A stretch of 64,000 nucleotides of DNA from an uncultured bacterium (lineage in GTDB: Bacteria > Bacillota_I > Bacilli_A > RFN20 > CAG-826). Positions 37,523 to 46,698 of the stretch are shown one piece after another (the first letter of the stretch is position 1; each line of letters starts with the position of its first letter). The stretch covers positions 183,186 to 247,185 of the forward strand of contig CASGAD010000014.1 of assembly GCA_949299335.1 (NCBI GenBank), given 5' to 3'. Made by a program: the position numbers and the translations under genes. The notes below the pieces were generated by a model that was given only the letters and a program-made list of their open reading frames with translations, did no database searches and had not been told where the DNA came from.

Positions 37523-38764
37523 TTAATAGTGAACTCTCTTCTTACTAACTGCAAATTGTGCAATCGTAATTAAAAGGATAACGCAAAGTAATACTAAACT
37601 TCCTGCAGCAGCATAACCTGGATGAGTTGGATTAGTTTGTTTCATATCCCTATAAAGATAACCGACAACTGTAATCCATTCAACACCTTGTGATCCACCA
37701 AAGAAGTATGTATTTTGACTGATGTAAACAGATCTAACATTTGTATACATCTTAAATGCGCCAATAAACGATGTAATAGTAATATATAAAATTTGAGGAG
37801 ATAATAATGGTAATGTAATTCTTCTAAATATCGTTAAACCACTAGCTCCATCAACTCTAGCAGCATCATAATATTGTTTATCAATTGTTGATAAACCACT
37901 TAAGAAGACTAAAATTTTAAACGCCAAACCACTCCAAATACTATAAGCAACAATGACAAAGCCTTGAGCCCAACGAGGAGCACCTTCTGTAATCCATTGT
38001 TGATTACTATGGAAAATGATATTTATGAAACCTCCACCGATAGATCCGTTAGTATAACTTGAAAATAACAAGTTAAAAACCATACCTAAAGCAATCGTAT
38101 TTGTAACATAAGGCAAGAAAAATACGATTTGGAAGAATCCCTTAAACCATTTAATTGAGTGTATGAAATAAGCGATTAATAACGAAATAATAATTGTTAA
38201 TGGGACCTCAAATATAACGAGTTCAAATGTATTCCACATACTCTTTAAAAATAAAGATGTAGGAATTGTTTGCCCAAATAACGATATTGAATAAGTTGTA
38301 TCATTAAATAAATATGCGAAGTTACCGAATCCAAAGTTAGATGGGTAAGGAGCATCAGTACAAACAACACCGCTTCCTCCAACCGCACTCATATCCTCAC
38401 ATACTTGGCTATTTCCTAAAATAATATTACTTATTGCAAAAGATCCACCACCATCAACCCACGTAAATCCTTCAGTAAATGCAATAACAATACTGTTAAT
38501 AATTGGATAAATCATGAATAGGATGATTAAAATAAACGCTGGAATCAAAACTAAAAAAGCAAGTAAGTTTTGATTCATATAAAAACGACGTTTTCTAGTA
38601 TCAAGAGGCCTATTTACATCAAACTTTGGTGAACCATCTTCATTATAATAATATGATTCATCATGTCCACGATGTCTCATTCTTAAATATAAAGAATGCC
38701 AAAAATGGCCAAATGATGTCTTAGGTTCTGTCATTTCAACTTCATTATTAGTTTTCTTAAACAT
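37523..38764 (-). CDS. ABC transporter permease (UgpA/MalF-like) with N-terminal extension and Cys-containing external loop
   Basis: 413 aa. EAA loop is YYDAARVDGASGLTIFRRITLPLLSP. Confidence 0.85.
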   Translation of the reverse strand: MFKKTNNEVEMTEPKTSFGHFWHSLYLRMRHRGHDESYYYNEDGSPKFDVNRPLDTRKRRFYMNQNLLAFLVLIPAFILIILFMIYPIINSIVIAFTEGFTWVDGGGSFAISNIILGNSQVCEDMSAVGGSGVVCTDAPYPSNFGFGNFAYLFNDTTYSISLFGQTIPTSLFLKSMWNTFELVIFEVPLTIIISLLIAYFIHSIKWFKGFFQIVFFLPYVTNTIALGMVFNLLFSSYTNGSIGGGFINIIFHSNQQWITEGAPRWAQGFVIVAYSIWSGLAFKILVFLSGLSTIDKQYYDAARVDGASGLTIFRRITLPLLSPQILYITITSFIGAFKMYTNVRSVYISQNTYFFGGSQGVEWITVVGYLYRDMKQTNPTHPGYAAAGSLVLLCVILLITIAQFAVSKKRVHY

Positions 38765-38783
38765 AACTTAAGCCACCCTCAAA

Positions 38784-40874
38784 CTATAAAATTCTTTCGC
38801 CTGTCTCTTCAAAGACATAAATACGTTTAGCACTAAAATGTAAAATTTCTTTTCCTTCACACTTTTTAGCAAGTTCGCTTGAAACAATAATTTTAATTGG
38901 TTCTTTTGTTTTGTTTATTTCGCCAACAACAGAAATATCTCTACCAATATGTTCAATATTTTCAACTCTTACCTCAATTGGTCCTTTTTCATCCAAATCA
39001 AAAGATTCAGCTCTAATACCAATTTTACATTTTCTAATTGGATTAAGACGATGTTCTAATGATGTAACGATTTTATTAATAGTTTCTTGTGACTCAGGAC
39101 GTAAAATATCGCTAATTCCATAAATCATATCAAGTTGAGCTTTTTTAATTTTACGAGTTAAATCCCAATCACTATCAGCAAATAATGAATTAACCTTATC
39201 AGCATATTCTTTTGATCTAACGCCATTAAGTGCTCTTCTAACAACAGCTTCAACCTCTAAGACGCCATTTTTGCTTGAAGCATTTTGAATGCCTTTTAAC
39301 ATTTCTCTAGACTCATTAACAACAGTCTTAGCATGCTCAGTATCAACAATAATTGTGTTAAGTGCTTCTTCGGCTCTTAAAAGCGTAATCTCATCCATTA
39401 ACTTAAACAAATCTTCTTCAGTTTTGACTGCTGGTAATGCTTTGTTAACATGATTAATGACTAATTCACCATCAAATTTATCTAAGTATTTGACAACTTT
39501 AGTATATAAGCTAGAAACCTTCTTATCTTCACTAGTAGGTAAAATAACTTTATCTAATAAACTATGTTCTCTATTAAGCAAAACAGCTTCATTAGCTTCT
39601 TTTACAATAGTTGTAAGAGCAAGTTTTCCTTCTTTTGAAGTAGGGCTAGGTGTTGATTCGATTGATTTAATAGCTTTTTCAATAATTTCTTTGTTTCCTT
39701 TAACAAAAGGATTAATCTTATAAATTTGTTCTTTTGCCCTAGCGATTGTAATAGCTTCTTTAGCAGCTTCTAAATCAGCTTCGGTATTTAACTTTCCAAC
39801 ATAAGAATTAAATATTTCAATAACCTTTAAATTATCAAACTTATCCAAGTAAGCAACTAACGCTTTAGCAAGTCTTGATTGCTCTTCACTAAGTCCATTA
39901 GGTAAAGTTACACGTTTATTTAAGAAATAAGGTAAATCTTTAGTTTTTCCTACTCCAGTACCTGTTAATAAATTTCTGCCACAAACGTTACAGTATTTAG
40001 CATTATGTGAAACAACTGTTCCACAATGTGGACATACTAATTCCTCAATATGAACTTTCTTTAAAGCACTATCAACTTTTAAAACATTTCCGGCGATATA
40101 TAAAGTGTCTCCTTTAATTTCACCATCAAAAGTATTGATAGCAGGTGTTCCTAAGAACTTAGCAACAAATAAGTTAGCAGGTTCTTCATAAACCTTTTGT
40201 GGCTCATCCTTTTGTTGAACGATACCATCTTTCATAACAACGATAAAGTCGCTAATTGACATAGCTTCTTCTTGGTCATGAGTAACGAAAATGGTTGTAA
40301 TACCAGTTTGTTTTTGAATTCTTTTAATTTCTTCACGTGTTTGAAGTCTTAAACGAGCGTCTAAGTTACTCAAAGGTTCATCAAGTAAAAGAACTCTAGG
40401 TCTTTTTGCAAGTGCTCTAGCAATTGCAACACGTTGTTGTTGTCCACCACTTAATTCTTTTGGCTTTCTATCCAACAATTTTTCAATGTTAACAATTTTA
40501 GCGTTTTCCAAAGCGATAGCACACTTTTCATCGTAAGTTAACTTTGGACGTACATTATCAAGAGGGAACATAATGTTTTGTCTGACGTTCAAATGAGGAT
40601 AAAGTGCATAGTTTTGGAAAACTAAGCCGATACCTCTATTTTCTGCAGGAACATTAGTTACATCTTCGTTTCCAAAGAAAATTCGTCCTTCGGATGGCTT
40701 ATGAAGACCCGCGATCATATAAAGTGTTGTAGACTTACCACAACCACTAGGTCCTAACAAACCACAAAGTTTGCCATCGGGGATATCGAATGTCATGTTG
40801 TTAACAGCGACAACTCGTCCTCCTCTTTTTTTACTGTCAAAGATTTTTACGAGTTTATCAATTTTGACTTCCAT
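38784..40874 (-). CDS. MalK/UgpC-type ABC ATPase with a zinc-ribbon and tandem-repeat insertion in the C-terminal domain
   Basis: 696 aa. NBD motifs: GPSGCGKST, FQNYALYPH, LSGGQQQRVAIARAL, LLLDEPLSNLD, VTHDQ. The zinc ribbon is CPHCGTVVSHNAKYCNVCG (aa 281-299). Two repeats of ~120 aa follow. The TOBE-like end resumes at KIGIRAESFDL. Confidence 0.88.
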   Translation of the reverse strand: MEVKIDKLVKIFDSKKRGGRVVAVNNMTFDIPDGKLCGLLGPSGCGKSTTLYMIAGLHKPSEGRIFFGNEDVTNVPAENRGIGLVFQNYALYPHLNVRQNIMFPLDNVRPKLTYDEKCAIALENAKIVNIEKLLDRKPKELSGGQQQRVAIARALAKRPRVLLLDEPLSNLDARLRLQTREEIKRIQKQTGITTIFVTHDQEEAMSISDFIVVMKDGIVQQKDEPQKVYEEPANLFVAKFLGTPAINTFDGEIKGDTLYIAGNVLKVDSALKKVHIEELVCPHCGTVVSHNAKYCNVCGRNLLTGTGVGKTKDLPYFLNKRVTLPNGLSEEQSRLAKALVAYLDKFDNLKVIEIFNSYVGKLNTEADLEAAKEAITIARAKEQIYKINPFVKGNKEIIEKAIKSIESTPSPTSKEGKLALTTIVKEANEAVLLNREHSLLDKVILPTSEDKKVSSLYTKVVKYLDKFDGELVINHVNKALPAVKTEEDLFKLMDEITLLRAEEALNTIIVDTEHAKTVVNESREMLKGIQNASSKNGVLEVEAVVRRALNGVRSKEYADKVNSLFADSDWDLTRKIKKAQLDMIYGISDILRPESQETINKIVTSLEHRLNPIRKCKIGIRAESFDLDEKGPIEVRVENIEHIGRDISVVGEINKTKEPIKIIVSSELAKKCEGKEILHFSAKRIYVFEETGERIL

Positions 40875-40934
40875 AATAAAATTCCTCTCTGTTTAATTAT
40901 GATACCATATATGGTACCTATAATTTAAACAATT

Positions 40935-42095
40935 TTATAAATCTTTTCTATCGAGTACACCAGCATTCTTCAAATTTTGAGTGACTTGTTCTGTCAGCAT
41001 GTCTTCTGTTTTTTTGTCAACAAACCACACACTGTTTTTCGTGTCAATCATTAAAGAAGCGCTTATATAATCACTGATGGATCTATGATTTTTTGTAAAA
41101 ACAATCACTAAATAATCCAACAAATAGAAAAGAAACATAGTTAAAAAGCCAATGTAAACTTCAATGGAAATGAAAAAATACTTCGCAAAAACTTGTTTTT
41201 TTGCAATTTGATAACCAAGTGTATTAACTAAACCAATATTCATAATTTTCATTCCTAAAGTTTCGCCGTTTTTAAAAAACATTGGTAAAATTAGAAAATA
41301 TATTACGCTTGCAATTGCTATAGAAATATAAGCTTCATAGCGAGAAATACTCTCTAACTTTTTATATAAAACTTCATATTGAGAAGTTCTAGCTAAATTA
41401 TTGCATGCAATGTGATACGTACCATTTAAATTGTCTGTATCTGTAAATATTCTTAAATAATTAATGATATATTCTTGATTTTTTTCTAAATTATCACCAT
41501 TTCTAGTGTATCTATTTCCAGCAAAAGTAATGGTTTCTTTAATTTTAACATTAATTCCAATGATATTATTATTTTCATCTAATACAACTGGTGAGGTATT
41601 TAAATTAGCATTTTCATAATAATAAACATCGAAATCTTTATCCCGATCAATTAATAATACATTTTTATTATACCATTCATTTTTTTCACTTATTGAAGGA
41701 TTATCATCAAAATAAAAGGAAGTCACCTCATCAGCAAAATCACTTAAAAAATAAAAATAATATGTAGCCTTAATATAACTTTCATAGCCTTCAAAAGTAA
41801 AATATCCATTTTCATTAGTTAATTCAGTTGAACTTATATTAGTCACACTAGTGCAATCTTGTTCAACACTTCTATCAATAAATAAGCCACTTTTTACTTG
41901 CAATCTCATTGTTTCATGTAAAACATCCATTGTTCCAAAACCATAATCAAAAAGACCTTCAGTTGCAGGTAAATATGTTGCTAAAAATAAAATAGCGAAA
42001 AAGATTATATCAATAATTATTCCAAAAACGCGCCTTACTAGTGGTGCATGAACGATACTTTTTAACTCTATGACATTAGAATTCGTCATCTTCAT
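40935..42095 (-). CDS. RDD-family membrane protein with a large extracytoplasmic insert
   Basis: 386 aa. The R-x7-D signature at TM1 is LVRRVFGIIIDIIFF. About 200 hydrophilic aa follow. C-terminal TMs carry GETLGMKIMNIGLV and SISDYISASLMID. It overlaps the upstream paralog by 20 nt. Confidence 0.65.
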   Translation of the reverse strand: MKMTNSNVIELKSIVHAPLVRRVFGIIIDIIFFAILFLATYLPATEGLFDYGFGTMDVLHETMRLQVKSGLFIDRSVEQDCTSVTNISSTELTNENGYFTFEGYESYIKATYYFYFLSDFADEVTSFYFDDNPSISEKNEWYNKNVLLIDRDKDFDVYYYENANLNTSPVVLDENNNIIGINVKIKETITFAGNRYTRNGDNLEKNQEYIINYLRIFTDTDNLNGTYHIACNNLARTSQYEVLYKKLESISRYEAYISIAIASVIYFLILPMFFKNGETLGMKIMNIGLVNTLGYQIAKKQVFAKYFFISIEVYIGFLTMFLFYLLDYLVIVFTKNHRSISDYISASLMIDTKNSVWFVDKKTEDMLTEQVTQNLKNAGVLDRKDL

Positions 42096-43086
42096 TACGC
42101 ACCATCTCTAATTCATCTTTATAAATAGATGAAGTTTTAAGGTTAACTAATCTAGTAAAAGAAATTAAGTCAGGTATACTAGTTCTCTCTTTTAAAATGA
42201 TTGTAGTCACCATTGTAACGAATAAATATCCACCATAAATAGGGAATAATATGAAAGCATCATTAATAATTAAAGGGACTAAAGATAATAAAATTGGAGG
42301 TAAAAAGCGTAAAACAACTTGATAAAGCTTGATTTCAAATCCGTCAACATTACAAAGACCAATTTTAAAAATAAGTCTGCCAACTGTATAGTGTTTTTTA
42401 TTTAATAAAGGAATTAATAAATAAGGGAATATACTACTAAAAGCTAACGAGGTCACAATTTGATAAGTTCCTTGATTATTTACGAAATTGTAAGCATCTA
42501 AATAAAATTTATCGTTAAATAAATCTGAAAAACAACCTTTATAAGTAGTGAGAAAGAAATTTAAAAGTTCAGCTTCTCCATCTTCAGTTAATCCTTTTGA
42601 CTTATCTTCATCAATATATAAACTTTTATCATATACCCCTACTTTAGTCTTATCGATTTCTCCATTATTAGAATCGTATTCAAATAAAGAATCGTCCGTT
42701 CCAATTAATAAAATTGAACTATTAAATTCTTCTATGGAAAGAGCTATCCTTGTTCCGCCGTTTTCAATATACCATTCACTACCAAAATATTTATCGGTCA
42801 AATAATAATTTTCGACAATTTCTTTATATTCTTCGATAGTTCCGTTATTTAGTTGATTATAATATTTATTCTCATCTAAAACATAAAGACCTGAGTTAAC
42901 TAAAGTTTCGTTTTTTAATAGTAAGTTTTTGTAATATGCACTATTTTGATCACCAGTAGGAGTAAAAATTGGATCAAATAAGACATAGGTCGAAAGTAAA
43001 AATAAAGCTAGAAAAAGGACAAAGTCAACGAGTGCGCACGCCACCCTTGTTGTTAATGTAGGTAAGTTAATATGTCTATTTAACAC
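42076..43086 (-). CDS. RDD-family membrane protein with a large extracytoplasmic insert
   Basis: 336 aa. GTG start with a GAGGA RBS. TM1 region is TRVACALVDFVLFLALF. C-terminal motifs are TVGRLIFKIGL and SIPDLISFTRLV. Confidence 0.65.
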   Translation of the reverse strand: MLNRHINLPTLTTRVACALVDFVLFLALFLLSTYVLFDPIFTPTGDQNSAYYKNLLLKNETLVNSGLYVLDENKYYNQLNNGTIEEYKEIVENYYLTDKYFGSEWYIENGGTRIALSIEEFNSSILLIGTDDSLFEYDSNNGEIDKTKVGVYDKSLYIDEDKSKGLTEDGEAELLNFFLTTYKGCFSDLFNDKFYLDAYNFVNNQGTYQIVTSLAFSSIFPYLLIPLLNKKHYTVGRLIFKIGLCNVDGFEIKLYQVVLRFLPPILLSLVPLIINDAFILFPIYGGYLFVTMVTTIILKERTSIPDLISFTRLVNLKTSSIYKDELEMVRNEDDEF

Positions 43087-43120
43087 AACTAAATCCTCAA
43101 GCCCTTTTAATAATATTAAA

Positions 43121-43150
43121 ATTATACATTAATCATGCCTTATATTTCAC
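43121..43150 (-). promoter_or_regulatory. Putative extended -10 promoter for the RDD-RDD-ABC operon
   Basis: The minus strand reads GTGAAA, 18 nt (the last two being TG), then TATAAT, which gives an extended -10 of TGTATAAT. It lies about 35 nt upstream of the GTG start at 43086. Confidence 0.4.
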
Positions 43151-43206
43151 TTAAAATTTTATTAAAATTTAAATAAAAGATTTAAAATATGATATTTGCA
43201 GACTTT

Positions 43207-44859
43207 TTATTTTAAATTAATAATTTTTACAAGGTATTCTTCGATTACGTCTTGAATAAATACACCTGTATCAACAAAGTTATTACCATAACTTTCAGCT
43301 ACATAATTAATTGTACCGATTGTAGTTGTTCCATTAATAAATGTAGGGTCTTTAACTTTTACATAATGATTATAATTGATAACATCATAATATTGGGCTT
43401 CATTAGGATTAAATAAAACTAATGTGTTAGAAAAAGGAAAAACTCTAATTAAATCACTATATGTGAATTCTCCTTTATCAACACTGTCTCTTACTCCACC
43501 ATAATTATGCACAGCAACACTTACTTCAACTCCATATAAATCTTTATGACTATTTATATAAGAAATAATGGCGTTACAAGCAATATCCAATAAATCTTCC
43601 TTACTTTTATATTCATTAAAATTACAAATAACTCTATTTACATCACCAATTACTTCTTTATATTTAGTGGTTAATGAATCAACGATTTCGTTAGATTCAT
43701 TAAAATCCATATTAAAAGTAGATATTGTTTCGTAGCCAATCGAATAACCTAATGTTACTTCATTATTATTTAAAGTAAAACTATATGATAAATGCGAAAG
43801 ATAATTTCCGTTTTTACCACCCTCTACATATGGTACTCCATTATACTCCCCACTTTTGCGGTAATGATCATGCCCTAAAAAGACACCATCAACTATTTCA
43901 CCTGGAGCTGAAACATCTCCGAACTTATAATCCTCATTAGTAGAATAATCATAAAAGCCCGAATCATGTGAAGCTAAAATAACTAAATCACAGCCTTTAT
44001 CCCTTAAAGATTTTGCTTCTTCTTTTATATAATCATTAGGATAGTTAAATTTAAAATTTTTAGAAACTGAAGCTGTAATATCATATCCTAAATCACTAGC
44101 TAAAGTTCCAATAACTCCAACTTTAAGATCTCCTCGACTAATAATAACTGATTTGTCCAAATATGAAGGCATTTGATTGTTAGAAGAATAAGTTAGATTA
44201 GCCGCTAAATAAGGAAAGTCAGCATCCATACAATTTTCTTTAATAACTTCTTCTCCCCAATCAAATTCATGATTACCTAAGGTCATGGCATCAAATGTGG
44301 CAATATTCATAGCTTCATTAACTATCTTACCTTTAGTTTTATTAGATTCAACTCCACCTTGCCACATATCACCAGTTGATAAAATGATTGTAAAAGGATT
44401 TTCTTCTTTTTTCTTTAATAAGTATTCAACAATTCTTGATAGCCCAGTTTGTTCACCTTCTTTATACTCGAATGAGCCATGAAAATCGTTAATAGCATAT
44501 ATATCAACCCTTGTAGTATAAGCTTCATCTTTAGGTAAAACAAAAATGTTAAAAGAACCTTTTTCATAGGCGCCTTTACTAACTTCTACTTTTACTTTTT
44601 CACTTTCACCACTTAAAACCGTACCTTCAGGAATACTTAAAGTGTAATCCGTAATTTCATTATTATTTTCATCATAGACTTTAAGTCCATCGTAATTAAT
44701 TGGGTCACCTTCATAAAAAATTCCACAAAAGTTACCTATTTTTCTAGGAAATAATTTTGTAGACTTAATTTCGTCTTTATTTTCAAAAGTACAAGCGCAT
44801 AACATTAATCCAATAAAAGACAATGTTATAACTGGTAATAATTTAGATTTTGCTTTCAT
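43207..44859 (-). CDS. 5'-nucleotidase / metallophosphoesterase lipoprotein (UshA/YfkN-like)
   Basis: 550 aa. Lipobox is LMLCACTF. Metallophosphatase motifs: INDFHGSF, GDMWQGG, GNHEFDWG, ASHDSG, GHDH. A C-terminal 5'-nucleotidase-type domain is present (NYGGVRDSV...FPFSNTLV). Confidence 0.85.
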   Translation of the reverse strand: MKAKSKLLPVITLSFIGLMLCACTFENKDEIKSTKLFPRKIGNFCGIFYEGDPINYDGLKVYDENNNEITDYTLSIPEGTVLSGESEKVKVEVSKGAYEKGSFNIFVLPKDEAYTTRVDIYAINDFHGSFEYKEGEQTGLSRIVEYLLKKKEENPFTIILSTGDMWQGGVESNKTKGKIVNEAMNIATFDAMTLGNHEFDWGEEVIKENCMDADFPYLAANLTYSSNNQMPSYLDKSVIISRGDLKVGVIGTLASDLGYDITASVSKNFKFNYPNDYIKEEAKSLRDKGCDLVILASHDSGFYDYSTNEDYKFGDVSAPGEIVDGVFLGHDHYRKSGEYNGVPYVEGGKNGNYLSHLSYSFTLNNNEVTLGYSIGYETISTFNMDFNESNEIVDSLTTKYKEVIGDVNRVICNFNEYKSKEDLLDIACNAIISYINSHKDLYGVEVSVAVHNYGGVRDSVDKGEFTYSDLIRVFPFSNTLVLFNPNEAQYYDVINYNHYVKVKDPTFINGTTTIGTINYVAESYGNNFVDTGVFIQDVIEEYLVKIINLK

Positions 44860-44885
44860 ATTCTATCCCTCTATTTTCATATTAA

Positions 44886-46331
44886 TTAAATCTCTAAACG
44901 CGATTCTCTATCTTTATCAAAAACATAAAATTTATTTTCTTTTAAATCAAATTTATTAGGACCTATTTTAACATCGATATCACTATCAATAATAACTTTA
45001 ATTGATCCTTCTATTTTTAATGGATGTTCACAGATAAGAGTTTTATCTTTACCCATCGTAATAATTTCTTTAACATCTAAAGTTAATACGCCATAAGTGT
45101 TATTAAGTTTAAAACCTTCAGGTCTAATAGCTACATATGTATCTTTAAAAACATTTATTTTTTTGCTATTAAGAATTTTTTCCTCGCCTATAAATAATCC
45201 ATTATCATTAATATTTCCTTTAAAAACGTTAACGACAGGTGTTCCTAAAAACTTAGCAACAAATAAATTTATAGGATTATTATATACTTCTTGAGGTTTA
45301 CCTACTTGAATGGCTACCCCATCTTTCATTACAACAATCTCATCACAAATCGACATAGCTTCTTCCTGATCGTGAGTTACAAATATAGTTGTAATACCAG
45401 TAGCTTTTTGAATACGTTTAATTTCTTCTCTAGTTTGTATTCTTAATCTAGCATCCAAATTACTTAAAGGTTCATCTAAAAGTAAAACTTTTGGCTTTTT
45501 AACTAAAGCTCTTGCGATTGCAACACGCTGTTGTTGCCCTCCACTTAGTTCGTTAGGTCTACGCGCTAAATATTCATCAATTTGAACTAATCTTGCAACA
45601 TCTTGAACTAAATCATCAATTTCATCTTTTGTTAACTTTCTTTTAATCTTTATAGTTTGACCTTCTTTATCAAGCCATTCAAAGTTATCATTTAACTTAA
45701 AACCTAGTTTATTAAGTCTATTTAATATTTTTTGATTACTTTGTTCTAATTTCTTAATATTAAACAAAATAACTTCATCTTTATTTTTTAAATGAATTCC
45801 CATGTTAAAGAGTTTTGTTGCCATTGAAGTAACAATATGAAACCTATAAACTAATTTTCTAACGCTTTCATCTTTAGAAATTCTATTTTTATAACTAGAC
45901 GATAAAATTATCTCAACGATTTCATCAGCATGATTTTTTAGTAACTCGATAATTTTATTGTTATAAAGAATACTATTTTCTTTCTTAGTAGTAATTATTT
46001 TTAAATTACTTAATGGATATTTAACATTATTATACACACTCATATGTGGGTAAAGAGCATAATTTTGAAATACCAATCCTATACCTCTTTTTTCTGGTGA
46101 AAGATGAGTTACATTTTCATTTCCGAACCATATTTCACCTTCGGTTGGGGTTTTAAGACCACTAACCATATAAAGTGTAGTTGATTTGCCACATCCACTT
46201 GGGCCTAATAATCCTAAAAGTTCGCCATCTTTTATAATAACGGAAACATCTTTTACAGCTATTGTATCTGGAATATTCTTTTTAGGATCGCCAGGAAAAG
46301 CTTTTGTAATATGTTTTAATTTTATTTCCAT
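44886..46331 (-). CDS. MalK/UgpC-type ABC ATPase with a ~120-aa insertion between Q-loop and signature motif
   Basis: 481 aa. Motifs are GPSGCGKST, FQNYALYPH (aa 88-96), LSGGQQQRV (from aa 262), LLLDEPLSNLD and VTHDQ. The Q-loop-to-signature distance is ~166 aa, against ~47 aa in the 696-aa paralog. Confidence 0.88.
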   Translation of the reverse strand: MEIKLKHITKAFPGDPKKNIPDTIAVKDVSVIIKDGELLGLLGPSGCGKSTTLYMVSGLKTPTEGEIWFGNENVTHLSPEKRGIGLVFQNYALYPHMSVYNNVKYPLSNLKIITTKKENSILYNNKIIELLKNHADEIVEIILSSSYKNRISKDESVRKLVYRFHIVTSMATKLFNMGIHLKNKDEVILFNIKKLEQSNQKILNRLNKLGFKLNDNFEWLDKEGQTIKIKRKLTKDEIDDLVQDVARLVQIDEYLARRPNELSGGQQQRVAIARALVKKPKVLLLDEPLSNLDARLRIQTREEIKRIQKATGITTIFVTHDQEEAMSICDEIVVMKDGVAIQVGKPQEVYNNPINLFVAKFLGTPVVNVFKGNINDNGLFIGEEKILNSKKINVFKDTYVAIRPEGFKLNNTYGVLTLDVKEIITMGKDKTLICEHPLKIEGSIKVIIDSDIDVKIGPNKFDLKENKFYVFDKDRESRLEI

Positions 46332-46642
46332 TAATTAGTTTCTCCGATTTTATTAGATTCATTTTTACAAGAGACACTAACTTTTTTGATATTAATTTTT
46401 GTCTTTATAAAAAGTGTAGTCCCTAGGATTATCAAAACTAATCCTATACTAACGCATAGATAAAATAAAATTGCTTCAAATGAATCATAATCAAATGTTG
46501 TTACTCTTTTATATGTGACTAAACATATAGGCAAAAACAATAAACCTATAATAAAAACCATGAGTCCTAAAATAATCGAACAGAGGCTCATATTTTTGAT
46601 TTCTTCTAATTTTTTTGTTTTCTTTTTTTCTTCTAGTTTCAT
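46331..46642 (-). CDS. Small 2-TM membrane protein embedded in the ABC operon
   Basis: The track ORF (to 46714) starts with TTG and overlaps the binding-protein gene and the hairpin. The ATG at 46640-46642 (or 46591) is more plausible. There are two hydrophobic segments. The stop overlaps the ATG of the downstream ATPase (TAATG). Confidence 0.45.
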   Translation of the reverse strand: MKLEEKKKTKKLEEIKNMSLCSIILGLMVFIIGLLFLPICLVTYKRVTTFDYDSFEAILFYLCVSIGLVLIILGTTLFIKTKINIKKVSVSCKNESNKIGETN

Positions 46643-46657
46643 ATATAAAAAAGTTTT

Positions 46658-46688
46658 GTTAGAAAGAGAATAATCTTCCCTTTCTAAC
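46658..46688 (-). terminator. Stem-loop after the binding-protein gene (partial terminator or stabiliser)
   Basis: GTTAGAAAG / CTTTCTAAC forms a 9-bp stem with a 13-nt loop, followed on the minus strand by AAAACTTTTTT. It lies just after the solute-binding-protein stop at 46699. Confidence 0.4.
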
Positions 46689-46698
46689 AAAAAATTGA

